A DNA stretch of 64,000 bases from an uncultured delta proteobacterium (GCA_963847445.1 CAWJZV010000030.1:448001-512000), one strand, 5' to 3'. Positions 41,958-54,659 are shown, counted from the first letter of the stretch. A program made the numbers and translations. Notes: generated by a model from the sequence alone, not told the origin.

Positions 41958-42821
41958 CTAGCGCAGATACGGCGTGTAGGCGTCCCAGCCGCGCCGGTAA
42001 GCGCGCTGGCTTTGACTGACATCGCGATTGACGAAGAAGCGGTTATACATCGGATGGCGCAGCGATCGCACTTCATGCTCCAGAGAGAACTTGGCACTGC
42101 CATCGACAGGGTCGACGATATTTTTGAAGCGAAATTGATGGTTACGCACATCTTCCGAGATCCCGCCGCGGCTTTGCAAAAATCCGTAGGGAGTGGAAAA
42201 ATTCGCCACATAGATCGCGATATGATGACCGTCGTAGGGTCTGATGGGCCGGTCGGTTTCGCGGAACAACAGCGACTGATGGCGGCCGATCTTGACCCGG
42301 CCGAACTCGCCCTGGCCGTCTGACTCGACGACGGTCGGCGCGCCAAATGCCGTTTGGTAGAAGCGCAAGATCCCCGCCATGGCGCCGCGCGGCACGGCAA
42401 ACTCAACATAAGGCATCCCCGCCGCCATGTCGCCGAACGCCGCCGGTTGGCTGGCGTGGCAGCGGAAGCGATTGCCCCAGGGACAGGTAACGATCATGCA
42501 ATCCCCGTCTGGTTGAAAAGCGAACTGGGTGTCCTTGAGCCCATCGGCGACCGCTTCCAAGCGCTGCGCCAAACCTTCCAAATGCGGCACCACCAGGCCG
42601 ATGTAGCCATCGATCACCTGAGGGCTGCGCGTCGGCAAGTGAAATTGTTGCTCGCCGATGTTGGCCCACATGTTGTTGAGGCCGACGTTGAGATACGGAT
42701 CGCGGGTGCAACCCAAGCCGACGACATAGAATAACGTCGCCAAGCTCTGATCGGGAATCTGCACGTTGACATGTTCGAGGGAAATGATATTGCCGACATC
42801 CTCTTCGCTATAGTCGCCCAT
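41958..42821 (-). CDS. Conserved hypothetical protein, VOC/glyoxalase-like fold
   Basis: LEHVNV..PDQ..ATLFY, QFHLP, CPWGNRF, GHHIAIY, EHEVRS; intact 287-aa ORF with GAGG RBS. Confidence 0.65.
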   Translation of the reverse strand: MGDYSEEDVGNIISLEHVNVQIPDQSLATLFYVVGLGCTRDPYLNVGLNNMWANIGEQQFHLPTRSPQVIDGYIGLVVPHLEGLAQRLEAVADGLKDTQFAFQPDGDCMIVTCPWGNRFRCHASQPAAFGDMAAGMPYVEFAVPRGAMAGILRFYQTAFGAPTVVESDGQGEFGRVKIGRHQSLLFRETDRPIRPYDGHHIAIYVANFSTPYGFLQSRGGISEDVRNHQFRFKNIVDPVDGSAKFSLEHEVRSLRHPMYNRFFVNRDVSQSQRAYRRGWDAYTPYLR

Positions 42822-42824
42822 GGT

Positions 42825-43769
<945 letters not shown>

Positions 43770-44351
43770 TCAATATCCTCGATCGGCGCCTGAGCGGCGC
43801 GCCAATATCCACTCGGCGGCTAATTTTAGATTGTCGAAAACCGGTTGAATGAGAAACATCGTCGACGAGAACCTGTTCGCCGTTGCTGCGCACTAAGACA
43901 GGCGTGGCCCCCACCCGCAGGGCGAGCTCACGATCGACATTCTGATCGCCCACCACGTAGGATCGCTTGGGCGCCAAGGCCAGATCGTTGGCGGCGCGGT
44001 GAATCATCCCTGGATTCGGTTTACGGCAATCGCAGGCCAGCCGATAGCCGTCGATGCCCTCGCTCGGATGATGCGGGCAATAATAGATCGCGTCCAACAG
44101 CGCTCCCTGCTGCGCCAGCCGTCTAGTAGCAGCCGATGAATTTGCTTTAACCCCGCTTCGCTGAGCCAGCCGCGCGCCACTGCCGACTGATTGGTCACCA
44201 CCACGGTCTTGAAACCGCCATCACGCAAGGCGCGGATCGCCGCCGGTACGCCGTCCAGCAGTTCGATCTGATCGGGACGGCAAAGATAGCCGACTTCACG
44301 AATCAACGTGCCGTCACGGTCGAGAAATATCGCCGGTTGGAGTTTCGCCAA
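43770..44351 (-). CDS. gmhB: D-glycero-D-manno-heptose 1,7-bisphosphate phosphatase (frameshifted)
   Basis: FLDRDGTL, VTNQSAVARG, YYCPHHP, CDCRKPNPGM, VVGD. Confidence 0.92.
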
Positions 44352-44352
44352 G

Positions 44353-45474
44353 TCATGATTCCCGGCAATGCGCTTGACGAATCCTGGCGGCCAGCGCCGA
44401 CACCAGTCGATCGCCGCCGGCGACATCCATGCCAACCCTGAGCGCCAGCAGTTTATCGCGCGCGAAGGGAAAGCGAATCAACTTGAGAATATCTTTCTCG
44501 GTGGTCACGATCAAATCGACCAACCGCGCCATCCGGCTAATCTCCTGCCAGTCCTTGGCGCTGTAAACATGGTGATCGGGAAACTCCAAGGTATGGACGA
44601 TTTGCCCTTCCCACTCATGGATCGTCTGGTAAAAATTATCTGGATTGGCGATCCCGGTGACCGTCAGGATCTTGCTATGATGCAGCACGGTCAGCGGATA
44701 GTGCTTCCAGCGGCGGGCATCGTAAGTGATCAGATCCAAGGGTTGCAACGTACCGGTAAAAACCGCGCTGGAACGATCAGGCGGCAAGTAACGGCGCCAT
44801 TGCGCCTCCGCCCCGGTGACCAGCCAAAAATCGCCACGCTGCAAGTTGCGCCGCGGTTCACGAAACGGACCGGCCGGCAGCACGACACCGGAACAGTCGC
44901 TGCCGAGAAGCACTAGATCGACATCGCGTTTGACATGACGATGCTGGAAGCCATCGTCGAGGATAAACGCATCGATCATCTCGTCGCGGCGCAACAATTC
45001 CTCGCGCCGATTGCACGCGGTCCGCGCCGACACCCACGGTCTGGTCGTAGAGACGCGCCATCATCAAAGGTTCGTCGCCAGCCTGCGCCAGCTCGTGCCT
45101 CGTTTTGCGCCATATCGCCGCTCAGTTTGCACGGTTGCAAGATCACCGGCTGAGTTTCCTTGCGCCGGTAGCCCCGGCTCAGGATCGCCACTTTCAGGCC
45201 TTGACGGCGCAATTCACCGGCGAGCCAAAGACAGGTCGGCGTCTTGCCGGTGCCGCCGACCGTCAGGTTGCCGATGCTGATCACCGGCCTGGGCAGGCGA
45301 ACCGACTTAATCCATCCCCGAGTGAAAAAGCACATTGCGCAGTTGAACAACCACGGAATAACCGATCGACGCCGGCCATAATAGGATTCCCAGCAGCTTG
45401 CCAGCGAAACCCCTCCGCTCCCACACCCCGCGCACCGTCCGACTAGCCATAGCACGCTAAATCGAGTGCTCCAT
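44353..45474 (-). CDS. lpxK: Tetraacyldisaccharide 4'-kinase (frameshifted)
   Basis: [53 protein letters not shown]. Confidence 0.93.
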
Positions 45475-45482
45475 TTATCTTG

Positions 45483-46788
45483 CTATATTATCCAACCGGC
45501 GCCGCGCGCCACTAGCGAGTCTGACAAATAACGCGCCGCCAGGGCGTAGTTATTCGTTGAACCGCGCCATCGCCATTGGCCGAAGCCGCCAGCGGCTAGC
45601 CGTCCCATGGCGATGCGCTTGGCATCGTCCGATAACAAATTCGCCAAAGCGGCGGACAAGGCATCGCCATCGGCGACTTCGACGGCGGCGCCTTGAGCTT
45701 TGAACTGCTCGGCAACCGCCTGCATATTGGCCATGTAGGGTCCGAAGAGTATCGCTTTGCCGGACCGCGCCGGTTCGAGGATATTGTGGCCGCCGACATC
45801 GACCAGACTGCCGCCGACAAACGCGACATCGCCCACATGCAAAAAAATCACTGAGCTCGCCGACCGTATCGAGAAGCAAAATGTCCGTTGCAAATAACCG
45901 ATCATCCGCGGCGACACTGCGGCGGCACCAGCTAAAGCCGCTACCTCGCAAGAGCGCCTCAACTTCGGCAAACCGCTCGGGATGGCGCGGTGCCAAGACC
46001 ATCGACAGCTCGGGAAAGCGTGGCCGTAGCGCGGCGAAACTTGCCAGCAGCATCTGCTCTTCGCCCGCATGGGTGCTGCCGGCGATCAGAAGTTTCTTGC
46101 CGTGCCGCGGCACGTCGGTGAATCGCGACGACTGGGGCGCCGCTCCGGCCCATTTGAGACTGCCGACCACCGACACCTTATTGGCATCGGCGCCAAGTCT
46201 AACGATCCGCGCCGCGTCTTCGCCGGTCTGCATGCCAATGGCGGCGAACCGCCGCACCACCTGGCGAAAAAAACCGCGGAATCTTTCGTAACGAGGCAAG
46301 GACCGTGCCGACAAGCGGCCGCTCACTAGAACCGTCGGGATGCCGCGGCGAAAGCATTCTCTCAACAAGTTGGGCCAGATCTCGGTCTCGACGAAAAGCA
46401 TCAATGACGGGTTCCACTGGGTCAAGGCACGCCTGACGGTCCAGCAAAAATCCAAGGGTAAATAAATCACCGCATCGACCCCGGCAAACTTCTGCGCGGT
46501 TTCATTACCGGTGGCGGTGAACGTCGAGAGCACGATGCGCCGCTGGGGATGGCGATTTTTCAACTCGCGCACCAGGGCGGTGACCGAACCCACTTCGCCC
46601 ACCGACGAGGCATGGATCCACACCGGCCTGGCTGCCGCCACGGCGCGCAGCTGGGCATGCGGGAAATAACCCAAGCGCTGGGCCAGTCCCGCGCTGAATC
46701 GCTTACCGATTAATTGCAGCAATGGCGTAAACGGCAAGATCAGCAAAAACACCATGGTGAGAAGGATATTATAGCCGAGAAACCACAT
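45483..46788 (-). CDS. waaA: Kdo transferase (frameshifted)
   Basis: WIHASSVGE, YLPLD, VETEIWPN, AGSTHAGEE, LAPRHPER, DTVGEL, FVGGSL..GGHNILEPA. Confidence 0.94.
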
Positions 46789-46803
46789 GAACCCGCCGGC
46801 TTC

Positions 46804-48586
46804 CTAGTGCACCAATTCGACTTCGTTCACTGGGCGATTTTCGAGTAATTGCAGCGAGTACAGCCGGCTGTATTCGCTATCCCGCGCCATCAACTCGTCA
46901 TGGGTGCCCTGTTCGGCGATCGCGCCGTCGACCATGACGACGATTCGGTCGGCCTTGCGAATCGTCGACAACCGATGGGCGATGACGATCGTCGTCCGCG
47001 TGCTCATCAGAGTCTCCAACGCTTCCTGAACCGAACGTTCGGAATCGGCATCCAAGGACGAAGTCGCTTCGTCGAGGATCAGGATCGGCGCATCCTTCAA
47101 TAGCGCCCGCGCGATCGCGATGCGTTGGCGCTGTCCGCCGGAGAGCTGCAAGCCCATTTCGCCGATCTCCGAATCATAACCGTTGGGCATCGCGGCGATG
47201 AACTCGTGGGCATGAGCCGCCTTGGCGGCGGCGATGATCGCCGTCCATATCGCGCTCGGGATCGCCGTAGGCGATATTGTTACGAATGCTATCGTTGAAC
47301 AAGAAAGTGTGCTGGGTGACGATGCCGATTTGCCCGCGCAGTGATTGCACGGTGAGCTCGCGAACATCCACGCCGTCGAGCAGAATGCGGCCGGAGTTGA
47401 CGTCGTAGAAGCGCGGGATCAAGTCGACCAGGGTGCTTTTACCGACGCCGCTCATGCCCACCAGGGCGACCATTTGGCCGGCTTCGACGGTCAGATCGAT
47501 ATTTTTCAGCACCGGCGTTTCGCCATAGGCGAAGCTGACATGTTGCAGATCGATTTTGCCCGAGAACGGTTTGGCGGGCTGGGCTCCCGGCTTGTCGCTA
47601 ATCTCCGGTCTCTCGTCGAGTATTTCGAAGACCCGTTCGGCGCCCGCAAGTCCCTGATGAACCGCCGTGTAAGTGCGGCTCAGCCCTTTGAAAGGCGCGT
47701 ACATCAAAAACATCGCCGCCATGAAAGCAAAGAATTCGCCTTGCGTGCGCCCGCCGCCGATGACGCTCCAACCGCCGTACCAAACCACGCCGCCGATGCC
47801 GAACGAGGCTAACAGCTCCATCGACGGCGCAACGATTGACTTGATCCGGCTGGCGCGCAGCGACTCTTTGAACAGCCGCCAGTTCTCCGCCATGAAGCGC
47901 CGGTCTTCGTAATCTTCCATGCCGAAAGCTTTGACGATGCGGTTGCCCTGAATGCTCTCTTGCAACAGCACGGTGAGCCTGCCGGTGCTCACTTGCCCGC
48001 GCTTGGTAAATTTTTTGATGTTCCGGCTCAGTCGGATGATCGGCAGCACGGAGGCGGGAAATACGAAAAAGGCGATGGACGCGAGCACCCAATCCTTGAG
48101 GAACGCGACCGTGACCAGAGCGATCAGCGACGTGGTATCTTTTAGAAACGATGCCAACGCATCGGTGATCGCGAAGCGCAGCAAGACGACGTCGCTGTTG
48201 ACCCGGGCGATCAGCGTTCCGGTGGGATGGCGGTAGAAAAACGACAGCGACAGCGATTGGAAGTGGCGATTGAGCGCATTGCGCACATCGTTGATGATGC
48301 GCAGGCCGACATAGTCGGTAAGATAGCTTTGACCAAAGTTCATCAAGCCGCGAAACGCGAACAGACCGATCACCAGAAAAGGAATTAAGTTCAGCATGGC
48401 TTGATCGCGCTTGCCGAACACATCGTCCATGATCGGCTGGACCAGAAATGGAATCGAACCATCGGTGGCGCCGAACGCCACCATACAAATCATCGCCAAA
48501 ACGAAATAGGGCCAGATATACGGCTTTAAGAACTGCAACAAACGGCGGTAGGTTTTCATTGAATTGGATCGTTCGGTTTTTTTCAT
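46804..48586 (-). CDS. msbA: Lipid A-core flippase MsbA (frameshift near 47240)
   Basis: 6-TM domain plus [30 protein letters not shown]; located between lpxB and waaA. Confidence 0.92.
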
Positions 48587-49716
48587 GCCATCATACCGAT
48601 TGCTATCGCCGCCACGCGGTCGGCGGCGCCCGGCGCGCCCAAGCGCTCGCGCAGGCGGGTAAGTTCTTCGACGATGCCGGCGCGCAATTTGTCGTCGGTT
48701 AACAACCGGCGGCTTTCGGCGATGAGCCGCTGCGGATTGACGTCGCCCTGGATCAGCTCCGGCACCAAACGCTTGCCGGCAATCAGATTGACCATGCCGA
48801 TATGCTCAACCCGGACCAGGAGCCGGGCAATCCAATAAGTGAGCCAGGACATGCGGTAGATGATCACCATGGGCCGAGTCAGGAGCGCGGTTTCGAGAGT
48901 CGCCGTGCCCGACGCCGTCCAAACCAGGTCAGCCGCCCGCACCGCGTCATAGCGATCCTGTTCGACGACGGGAATTTTGCTGTCGCCAATCATCGCCGTC
49001 AAATCGCCGGCATCGATGGTGCTCGCGCGCAGACAAAAGAATTGAACATTGTCGCGGGCGCGCATCTGTGCCGCGGCCGCCAGCATCACCGGCAGATGAC
49101 GGCTGACCTCGCCATGGCGGCTGCCGGGCAACAGGGCGACGGTTTTTTGAGTTGGATCGAGGCCGTGATGCGCCAGGACCGTATCCCGGCTTTGACTCGT
49201 GGTGACCGTCTCTAACAACGGATGGCCGACAAACTCCACGTCAACGCCATGGCGCCGGTAAAAATCCACTTCAAAGGGAAACACCACCGCCATCCGGTCG
49301 ACCGATTTGGCGATCTGGCGCACCCGCCCGCGGCGCCAAGCCCAAATTTGCGGACTGATGTAATAGAGCACGGGAATTCGCAGAGCTTTCGCGACTCGCG
49401 CCAGCCGCAGGTTAAAGTCGGGAAAATCGATGAGGATCAGTAGGTCGGGCCGTCGCTGTTTGAGCGCGCCGCGCAGCAGTTGGTAGGCCCGCCAAATATT
49501 TTTCACGTTGCCGGCGAGCTCCACTAGCCCCATACCGGTCAGTTTCGCTACGTTAAAAAGCGCCTCGAAATCGGTTTTCTGCAGTTGTTCGCCGGCGACG
49601 CCGAATATCTTGAGCTGGGCATCCCGGCGATGCAAGGCATTCACCAGATTAGCTCCATGAACATCGCCGGATGCTTCGCCAACCACCAGCATGACCTGCT
49701 TCGTTTGCTTAGCCAC
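48583..49716 (-). CDS. lpxB: Lipid-A-disaccharide synthase
   Basis: VGEASGDVHG, IDFPDFN, YYISPQIWAWR, FVGHPL, LLPGSR, SGTATLE, VPELIQ. Confidence 0.95.
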   Translation of the reverse strand: MAKQTKQVMLVVGEASGDVHGANLVNALHRRDAQLKIFGVAGEQLQKTDFEALFNVAKLTGMGLVELAGNVKNIWRAYQLLRGALKQRRPDLLILIDFPDFNLRLARVAKALRIPVLYYISPQIWAWRRGRVRQIAKSVDRMAVVFPFEVDFYRRHGVDVEFVGHPLLETVTTSQSRDTVLAHHGLDPTQKTVALLPGSRHGEVSRHLPVMLAAAAQMRARDNVQFFCLRASTIDAGDLTAMIGDSKIPVVEQDRYDAVRAADLVWTASGTATLETALLTRPMVIIYRMSWLTYWIARLLVRVEHIGMVNLIAGKRLVPELIQGDVNPQRLIAESRRLLTDDKLRAGIVEELTRLRERLGAPGAADRVAAIAIGMMA

Positions 49717-50669
49717 GCGCAGGTTGAGTCGAAAGATTGGCCAGCTGAGCGCTGATCGTCGAGGCGATTTCCAAAGCCCGCAGCCCTTCCGTGCCACCGA
49801 CCAAGGGCGGCGTTCGCGTGCGCACACAATCGAGAAAGGAATCGATCTCGTCGGCTAGGGCGTCGCCATCCTTGATCTCGATATTCTCAGCGCGGATGTC
49901 GAGCCAGCCGGCGCCCGGCTTGGGCTTATGATAAATCTGCGCGCGCCGTTGATCGTAGTCGATGGAGATATAGGCGTCGGGTTGGAAAAAGCGCACCTTG
50001 CGTTCGCGCTTGATCGACACCCGGCTGGCGGTGACATTGGCGATGCAACCGTTCTCAAAGGTGATGCGGGCATTGGCGATGTCGGGCATTTCGGTCAACA
50101 CTGGCACCCCCACCGACTCGACCCGCACGAATCGGCGAGCGCACCAAACTAGTGATGACGTCGATGTCGTGGATCATCAGATCCAAAACCACGTCGACAT
50201 CGGTGCCGCGCTCGATGAACGGCGCCAAGCGGTGACATTCGACAAACTTCGGATCCTTGATGATGCCTTCGAGGCGGCGAATCGCCGGATTGAACCGTTC
50301 CAAATGGCCGACTTGCAGTAACGCTCCCTTGGCCGCCGCCAACGCGACCAGCTCCTTGGCCTGGGCCAAATCCGCCGTCAAAGGTTTTTCCACCAGCACA
50401 TCGATGCCAGCATCGAGAAAATCACGGGCAACCTGGTGATGATAGCGCGTCGGCACGGCGATACTGGCACAGCGAATCCGGCCAAACAGTTCGCGATAGT
50501 CGGTAAACGCTGGCGCGCCCACCGACTGGCCGATCTCCCGCGCGCGATCGCCGTCGACATCGACTACGCCGATAAGCTGCGCCTTTTCCGACGACGCATA
50601 CTTTTCGGCGTGGAACTTGCCGAGATAGCCGACGCCGACCACCGCTACGGGTAATATTTCTGACGACAT
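49709..50669 (-). CDS. Gfo/Idh/MocA oxidoreductase, GnnA-like (frameshift near 50130)
   Basis: VVGVGYLGKFHAEKY, LVEKP, QVGHLERFNPA, RGTDVDVVLDLMIHDID, DIANARITF, TASRVS; position between lpxA/lpxI and lpxB. Confidence 0.8.
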
Positions 50670-50682
50670 TTTTCAGTGTTAC

Positions 50683-51498
50683 TTAGGCGGCGACCGCGAC
50701 GACGGCGATGCCCGAGGCGTCCGCTTCGCGCAGCAATTCATCCTTTTCGATCAAGATCGCCTTGCCCGCCTCGATGGCGAGCACGGCGCCGCCGACCTGG
50801 CGAAGCGCCCTGATCGTTTCGACACCGACGGCCGGCACATCGAAGCGCAAATCCTGCGTTGGCTTACTGACCTTGACGACGACACAGCCGGACTTGGCCA
50901 ATTGGCCGCCGCGCTGAATCGCCGCGTCGGTGCCTTCCACCGCTTCCACCGCGACGATCACCTGATTCTTGACCACCACCGTCTGGCCGATTCCCAAGCG
51001 GCCGATTTCCTTCGCCATACGAATGCCCATGGCAATATCTTGCCATTGCGCGGCGTTGGGCGCCCGGCGCGTCAGAACCCCTTCCTGCGGGATGATACTG
51101 GACAAACAGAAAGTCGAGTCGATGATCCTTATGCCGTCGCTGGCCAGTTCATCGGCGATACCGCGCAAGAGCGCGTCGTCGTCGCGGCTTTTGATCTTGG
51201 TAAGAAATCGCGCGCCGCGCAGATCCGGGCGAAAGTTGCCCAGCAGTCTGACCTTGCGAATGCCGCCGGCCATCACCGCCTCGGTCACGCCGGCTTTCTG
51301 AAAAGTCCGGATAATCTTGCCCAACTGGCCGACATAGATCCAAGTGAACTCGTCGACGCGTTTTTCCAGCGCCGCGTCGGTCTCCTCCCGGTGCGCCAGT
51401 GCCACCACCGAGTAGCCCTGACGCTTCGCTTCCTCGGCAAAGATCAATGGCAACTTGCCGTTACCGGCAATTAAACCGATCTTGCCGATCTTGTTCAT
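50683..51498 (-). CDS. lpxI: UDP-2,3-diacylglucosamine pyrophosphatase LpxI
   Basis: IGLIAGNGKLP, MAGGIRK, DDALL, IGQTVVV, AVEAVEGTD, QDLRFDVPAVG. Confidence 0.93.
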   Translation of the reverse strand: MNKIGKIGLIAGNGKLPLIFAEEAKRQGYSVVALAHREETDAALEKRVDEFTWIYVGQLGKIIRTFQKAGVTEAVMAGGIRKVRLLGNFRPDLRGARFLTKIKSRDDDALLRGIADELASDGIRIIDSTFCLSSIIPQEGVLTRRAPNAAQWQDIAMGIRMAKEIGRLGIGQTVVVKNQVIVAVEAVEGTDAAIQRGGQLAKSGCVVVKVSKPTQDLRFDVPAVGVETIRALRQVGGAVLAIEAGKAILIEKDELLREADASGIAVVAVAA

Positions 51499-51545
51499 CG
51501 CTGTGGATTGGTAAGAAGCTGCGGCACGGTTGAAAAAGCAAGTTT

Positions 51546-51798
51546 GGGTTATTCATGCTCGCAAGAACCAAAGACAGAGTGTCTATCGAGGTGGAACCCC
51601 AGCTGAAAAGTCGAGCGAAGGCATCGGCGCCAAATGTTTCACCGTCATGCTCGGCGCTGGGCAAGAGGTATGACCTTTTCACAGGTGGTTTCACAGCAGA
51701 TCGCTTCACTTGCCTCATCAAGGCAAAGCTGCGCAGAGCTGCTTTGCCTTCGCGCCGGAAGAGTTTCGCCTCGATCGCCGCTGCACCACGAATAATCC
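51546..51798 (+). ncRNA. Unidentified ~250-nt structured non-coding element, copy B (between lpxA and lpxI)
   Basis: Shares identical blocks with copy A (ATCGAGGTGGAACCC, GAAGGCATCGGCGCCAAATGTTTCA, GGTGGTTTCACAGCAGAT, GCTTTGCCTTCGC, CACCACGAATAATCC); termini GGGTTATTCATG/CACGAATAATCC pair. Confidence 0.65.
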
Positions 51799-51813
51799 TG
51801 GCGGGCGAGCGCG

Positions 51814-52590
51814 CTAACGGCACACGCCGCGTTCGGAAGCGGCGATAAAAGTTGCAAACTGCTCGATCTCCGGTAGCGCCGGCAACTCACTGCGGATTTT
51901 CTCCAAGGCCGCGGGAATCTTGAGTTTGGAACGAAACACAATGCGGTAGGCTTTGTGGATCGCGTCGATCTTCGCTTTGTCAAAACCGCGCCGCTTCATC
52001 CCTTCGATGTTGAGGCCATGCAATCTGGCGCGGTCGCCGGTGGCATTGCAAAATGGCGGCACATCTTTGGAAACCATCGAGCCCGCGCCGAGAATCGCCC
52101 CGCTGCCGATGCGAACAAACTGATGGATTCCGACCAAACCGCCGACGATGACATTATCCTCGATCGTCACATGGCCGCCGAGAGTGGCGCCATTGGCGAT
52201 GACATTACGATTGCCGACAATGCAATCATGGGCGATATGGCAATACATCATGAGCAGGTTATGATTCCCCACCCGGGTGATCATGCCGCCGCCGACCGTG
52301 CCGGGATTGAGCGACGCGAACTCGCGAATCTGGTTGTCGTTGCCAATCACCAGCTCGCTCGGTTCGCCTTGGTACTTTAAATCCTGAGGAATCGTCCCGA
52401 CGGTGGCGAATGGGAAAATAACGTTACCCCGCCCAATCGTCGTTAACCCGTCGATCACAGCATGGGATTGAATCTTCGTTCCCTCGGCGATTTTGACCTG
52501 AGCGCCGACCACGACATAGGGACCGATCTCAACGTCACTCGCCAGCTCGGCATGCGGATCGACGACCGCGGTGGAATGAATCTTAGCCAA
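51814..52590 (-). CDS. lpxA: Acyl-ACP--UDP-GlcNAc O-acyltransferase
   Basis: IHSTAVVD, hexapeptide repeats, [36 protein letters not shown]. Confidence 0.95.
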   Translation of the reverse strand: MAKIHSTAVVDPHAELASDVEIGPYVVVGAQVKIAEGTKIQSHAVIDGLTTIGRGNVIFPFATVGTIPQDLKYQGEPSELVIGNDNQIREFASLNPGTVGGGMITRVGNHNLLMMYCHIAHDCIVGNRNVIANGATLGGHVTIEDNVIVGGLVGIHQFVRIGSGAILGAGSMVSKDVPPFCNATGDRARLHGLNIEGMKRRGFDKAKIDAIHKAYRIVFRSKLKIPAALEKIRSELPALPEIEQFATFIAASERGVCR

Positions 52591-52604
52591 TTGCGCCGAC
52601 CGCC

Positions 52605-53049
52605 CTACGCCATTGCAACTTCCATGGCTGAGATCAGCGCTTGCGCCGCCACCTTGCCATCCACGCTGGCGACACCTTGCATTTTCCAATAGGCGCCACG
52701 GCGCTTTTCGACAGGTCAGCTCGATGCGCAACTGATCGCCGGGTACCACCGGGCGCTTGAACTTGACTTGATCGAGGCCGGTCAGCATAAAAATCCGCTT
52801 ATCATTCATGCCGCCGCGGGTATTATGAGCGAAGATCGCGCCGACCTGCGCCATCGCCTCACAAATCAACACCCCCGGCATGACCGGATGATCCGGGAAA
52901 TGGCCCTGAAAAAATGGTTCGTTGAATGAAACGTTTTTGATGCCGACGATGCGCTCCGCGCCCTCGATTTCAACGATCCGGTCGACCAAGAGAAACGGAT
53001 ATCGATGCGGCAAATAGTTGAGGATTTCCTTAGCATCCAATGTAAGCAA
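52605..53049 (-). CDS. fabZ: 3-hydroxyacyl-ACP dehydratase (appears fused to lpxA only because of a frameshift near 52705)
   Basis: [46 protein letters not shown]; C-terminus [22 protein letters not shown] in another frame. Confidence 0.94.
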
Positions 53050-53058
53050 TGGCGTTCC

Positions 53059-54106
53059 CTACCTTTTTAGCAGTTGGGAAATTTGCCGCTCCATGGCGCG
53101 AACCGAAGCCCAGAGCTTGGGCAGTTGCGGCAACAGGGTCATGACTTTGAGCCACTCATGGTGCGGCGCCGCGGCGATACCGCCGGACAAAATCACCCCA
53201 GGCGGCACCGACTTTGGAATGCCTGACTGCGGACCGATCATCGCACCGTCGCCGATTTCCACATGATTGACGATGCCCACCTGGCCGGCGATCGTCACAT
53301 TCTTGCCAACCTTCGTACTGCCGGCGATACCGGCCTGCGCTGCGACGACGGAATGTTCGCCGATAATTACGTTGTGGGCGATCTGCACGAGATTATCGAT
53401 CTTAGCACCGCGCCGAATCACGGTCTGACCCAAAGTTGCACGATCGACCGTGGTGTTAGCGCCAATCTCGACATCGTCCTCGATCACGACAATGCCCACT
53501 TGCGGAATCTTGACCCGACTCTCGCCCCGGCCGGCATAGCCAAAGCCGTCACTGCCAATCACCACCCCGGCGTGAAGTATCACCCGGTCGCCGATGCGGC
53601 AACCGTCTCTGACCGCGACATTGGGATGAAGCATGCAGTCCCTACCGATCTCGACATCGGCACCGACAAAAACTCCCGGATAGAGCACGGAATTGTCACC
53701 GACTTTGGCGCGTGCGCCGACAAACGCATGGGGGAAAACCGTGACTCCGGCACCGATGACCGACGATGGATCGATGCTCGATTGCGGACTACAAGTTTGC
53801 GCCAGCGCAAGCGCCGGCGCAAACAGCTGAAGAATCTTGGCGAAGGCGATGTAGGGATCCGCGGCTTCGAGAAACGACATCGGCGACCGTCCGGCAAGCG
53901 CCGCGGCGCTACCGTTGCCGACGATCACCGCGCTGGCGCGGCAGCGATCCAAGTATTTGGCGTAACGGGGGTTAGTTAGAAATGTGATCTCACCGTCCGT
54001 CGCTTCGTCTATCGGTGCCACTCGGCGAATGGCCACGTCACCATCGCCGATCACCTTACCGCCGACCAACGGCTGCCAATGCCGTTAAAGTTCTCTCCAG
54101 GGACAC
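53059..54106 (-). CDS. lpxD: UDP-3-O-acylglucosamine N-acyltransferase
   Basis: [58 protein letters not shown]. Confidence 0.95.
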
Positions 54107-54616
54107 TTATTTTTTTGCCCGGCTATTGAAGGTCTCGATCACTTTGGTGGTGATATCGACGCCTTGATCGGCGAAAAGAATCTGCGAACGATCGAGAATC
54201 AGGGTAAACTTTTCGGCTTTGCCAAATTCGTTGACCACCCCTTCGAGTTCTTTGAGAATATCCTGCATCATCTCGCGTTCTTTCAACTGAATTTCCTGCT
54301 GTAGATCGGTCATGGTGCGCTGCAACATGACCGATCGTTTCTGGAAATCGCTTTCGAGGTTGCGCCGCTCCTCCTCTTTGAGCAACGGCCCTTTCTTATC
54401 GAGATCGTTACGTATGCGCTCAAGCTCCTGACGCTCTCTAAGCGTATCCGCCTCGGCTTTCTTGACCTGTGTCTGCAAGCGATCACCGGCACGTTTTCCG
54501 GCGGCGGACTCTGAGACCACGCGTCGCACGTCGATAAAACCGATTTTCATCCGATCCTGCGCCCAACCCGGCACCCAAGATAGAGCTAGTAGTAACAGCA
54601 CGAGCCAATATTTCAC
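54107..54616 (-). CDS. skp: Periplasmic chaperone Skp/OmpH
   Basis: Signal peptide, KIGFIDV, coiled-coil body, DITTKVI; located between bamA and lpxD. Confidence 0.9.
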   Translation of the reverse strand: MKYWLVLLLLALSWVPGWAQDRMKIGFIDVRRVVSESAAGKRAGDRLQTQVKKAEADTLRERQELERIRNDLDKKGPLLKEEERRNLESDFQKRSVMLQRTMTDLQQEIQLKEREMMQDILKELEGVVNEFGKAEKFTLILDRSQILFADQGVDITTKVIETFNSRAKK

Positions 54617-54659
54617 TCAAAACCTCCAGTCAATTTTGTGATGGCAAAGAAGCAAACGG

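Noticed and set aside
51461-51848. ORFs of 97 aa (+) and 120 aa (-) over element copy B, including a TGC aligned to TGA in copy A (possible selenocysteine)
   Set aside because: Copy A has stops and non-triplet indels in both frames, there is no clear RBS, and substitutions fit base pairing better than codons. It cannot be fully excluded given assembly errors.
51814-53049. Apparent FabZ-LpxA fusion protein (411 aa)
   Set aside because: The FabZ C-terminus and its own stop (52605) are in another frame and the linker is nonsense sequence; a single indel near 52705 explains it.
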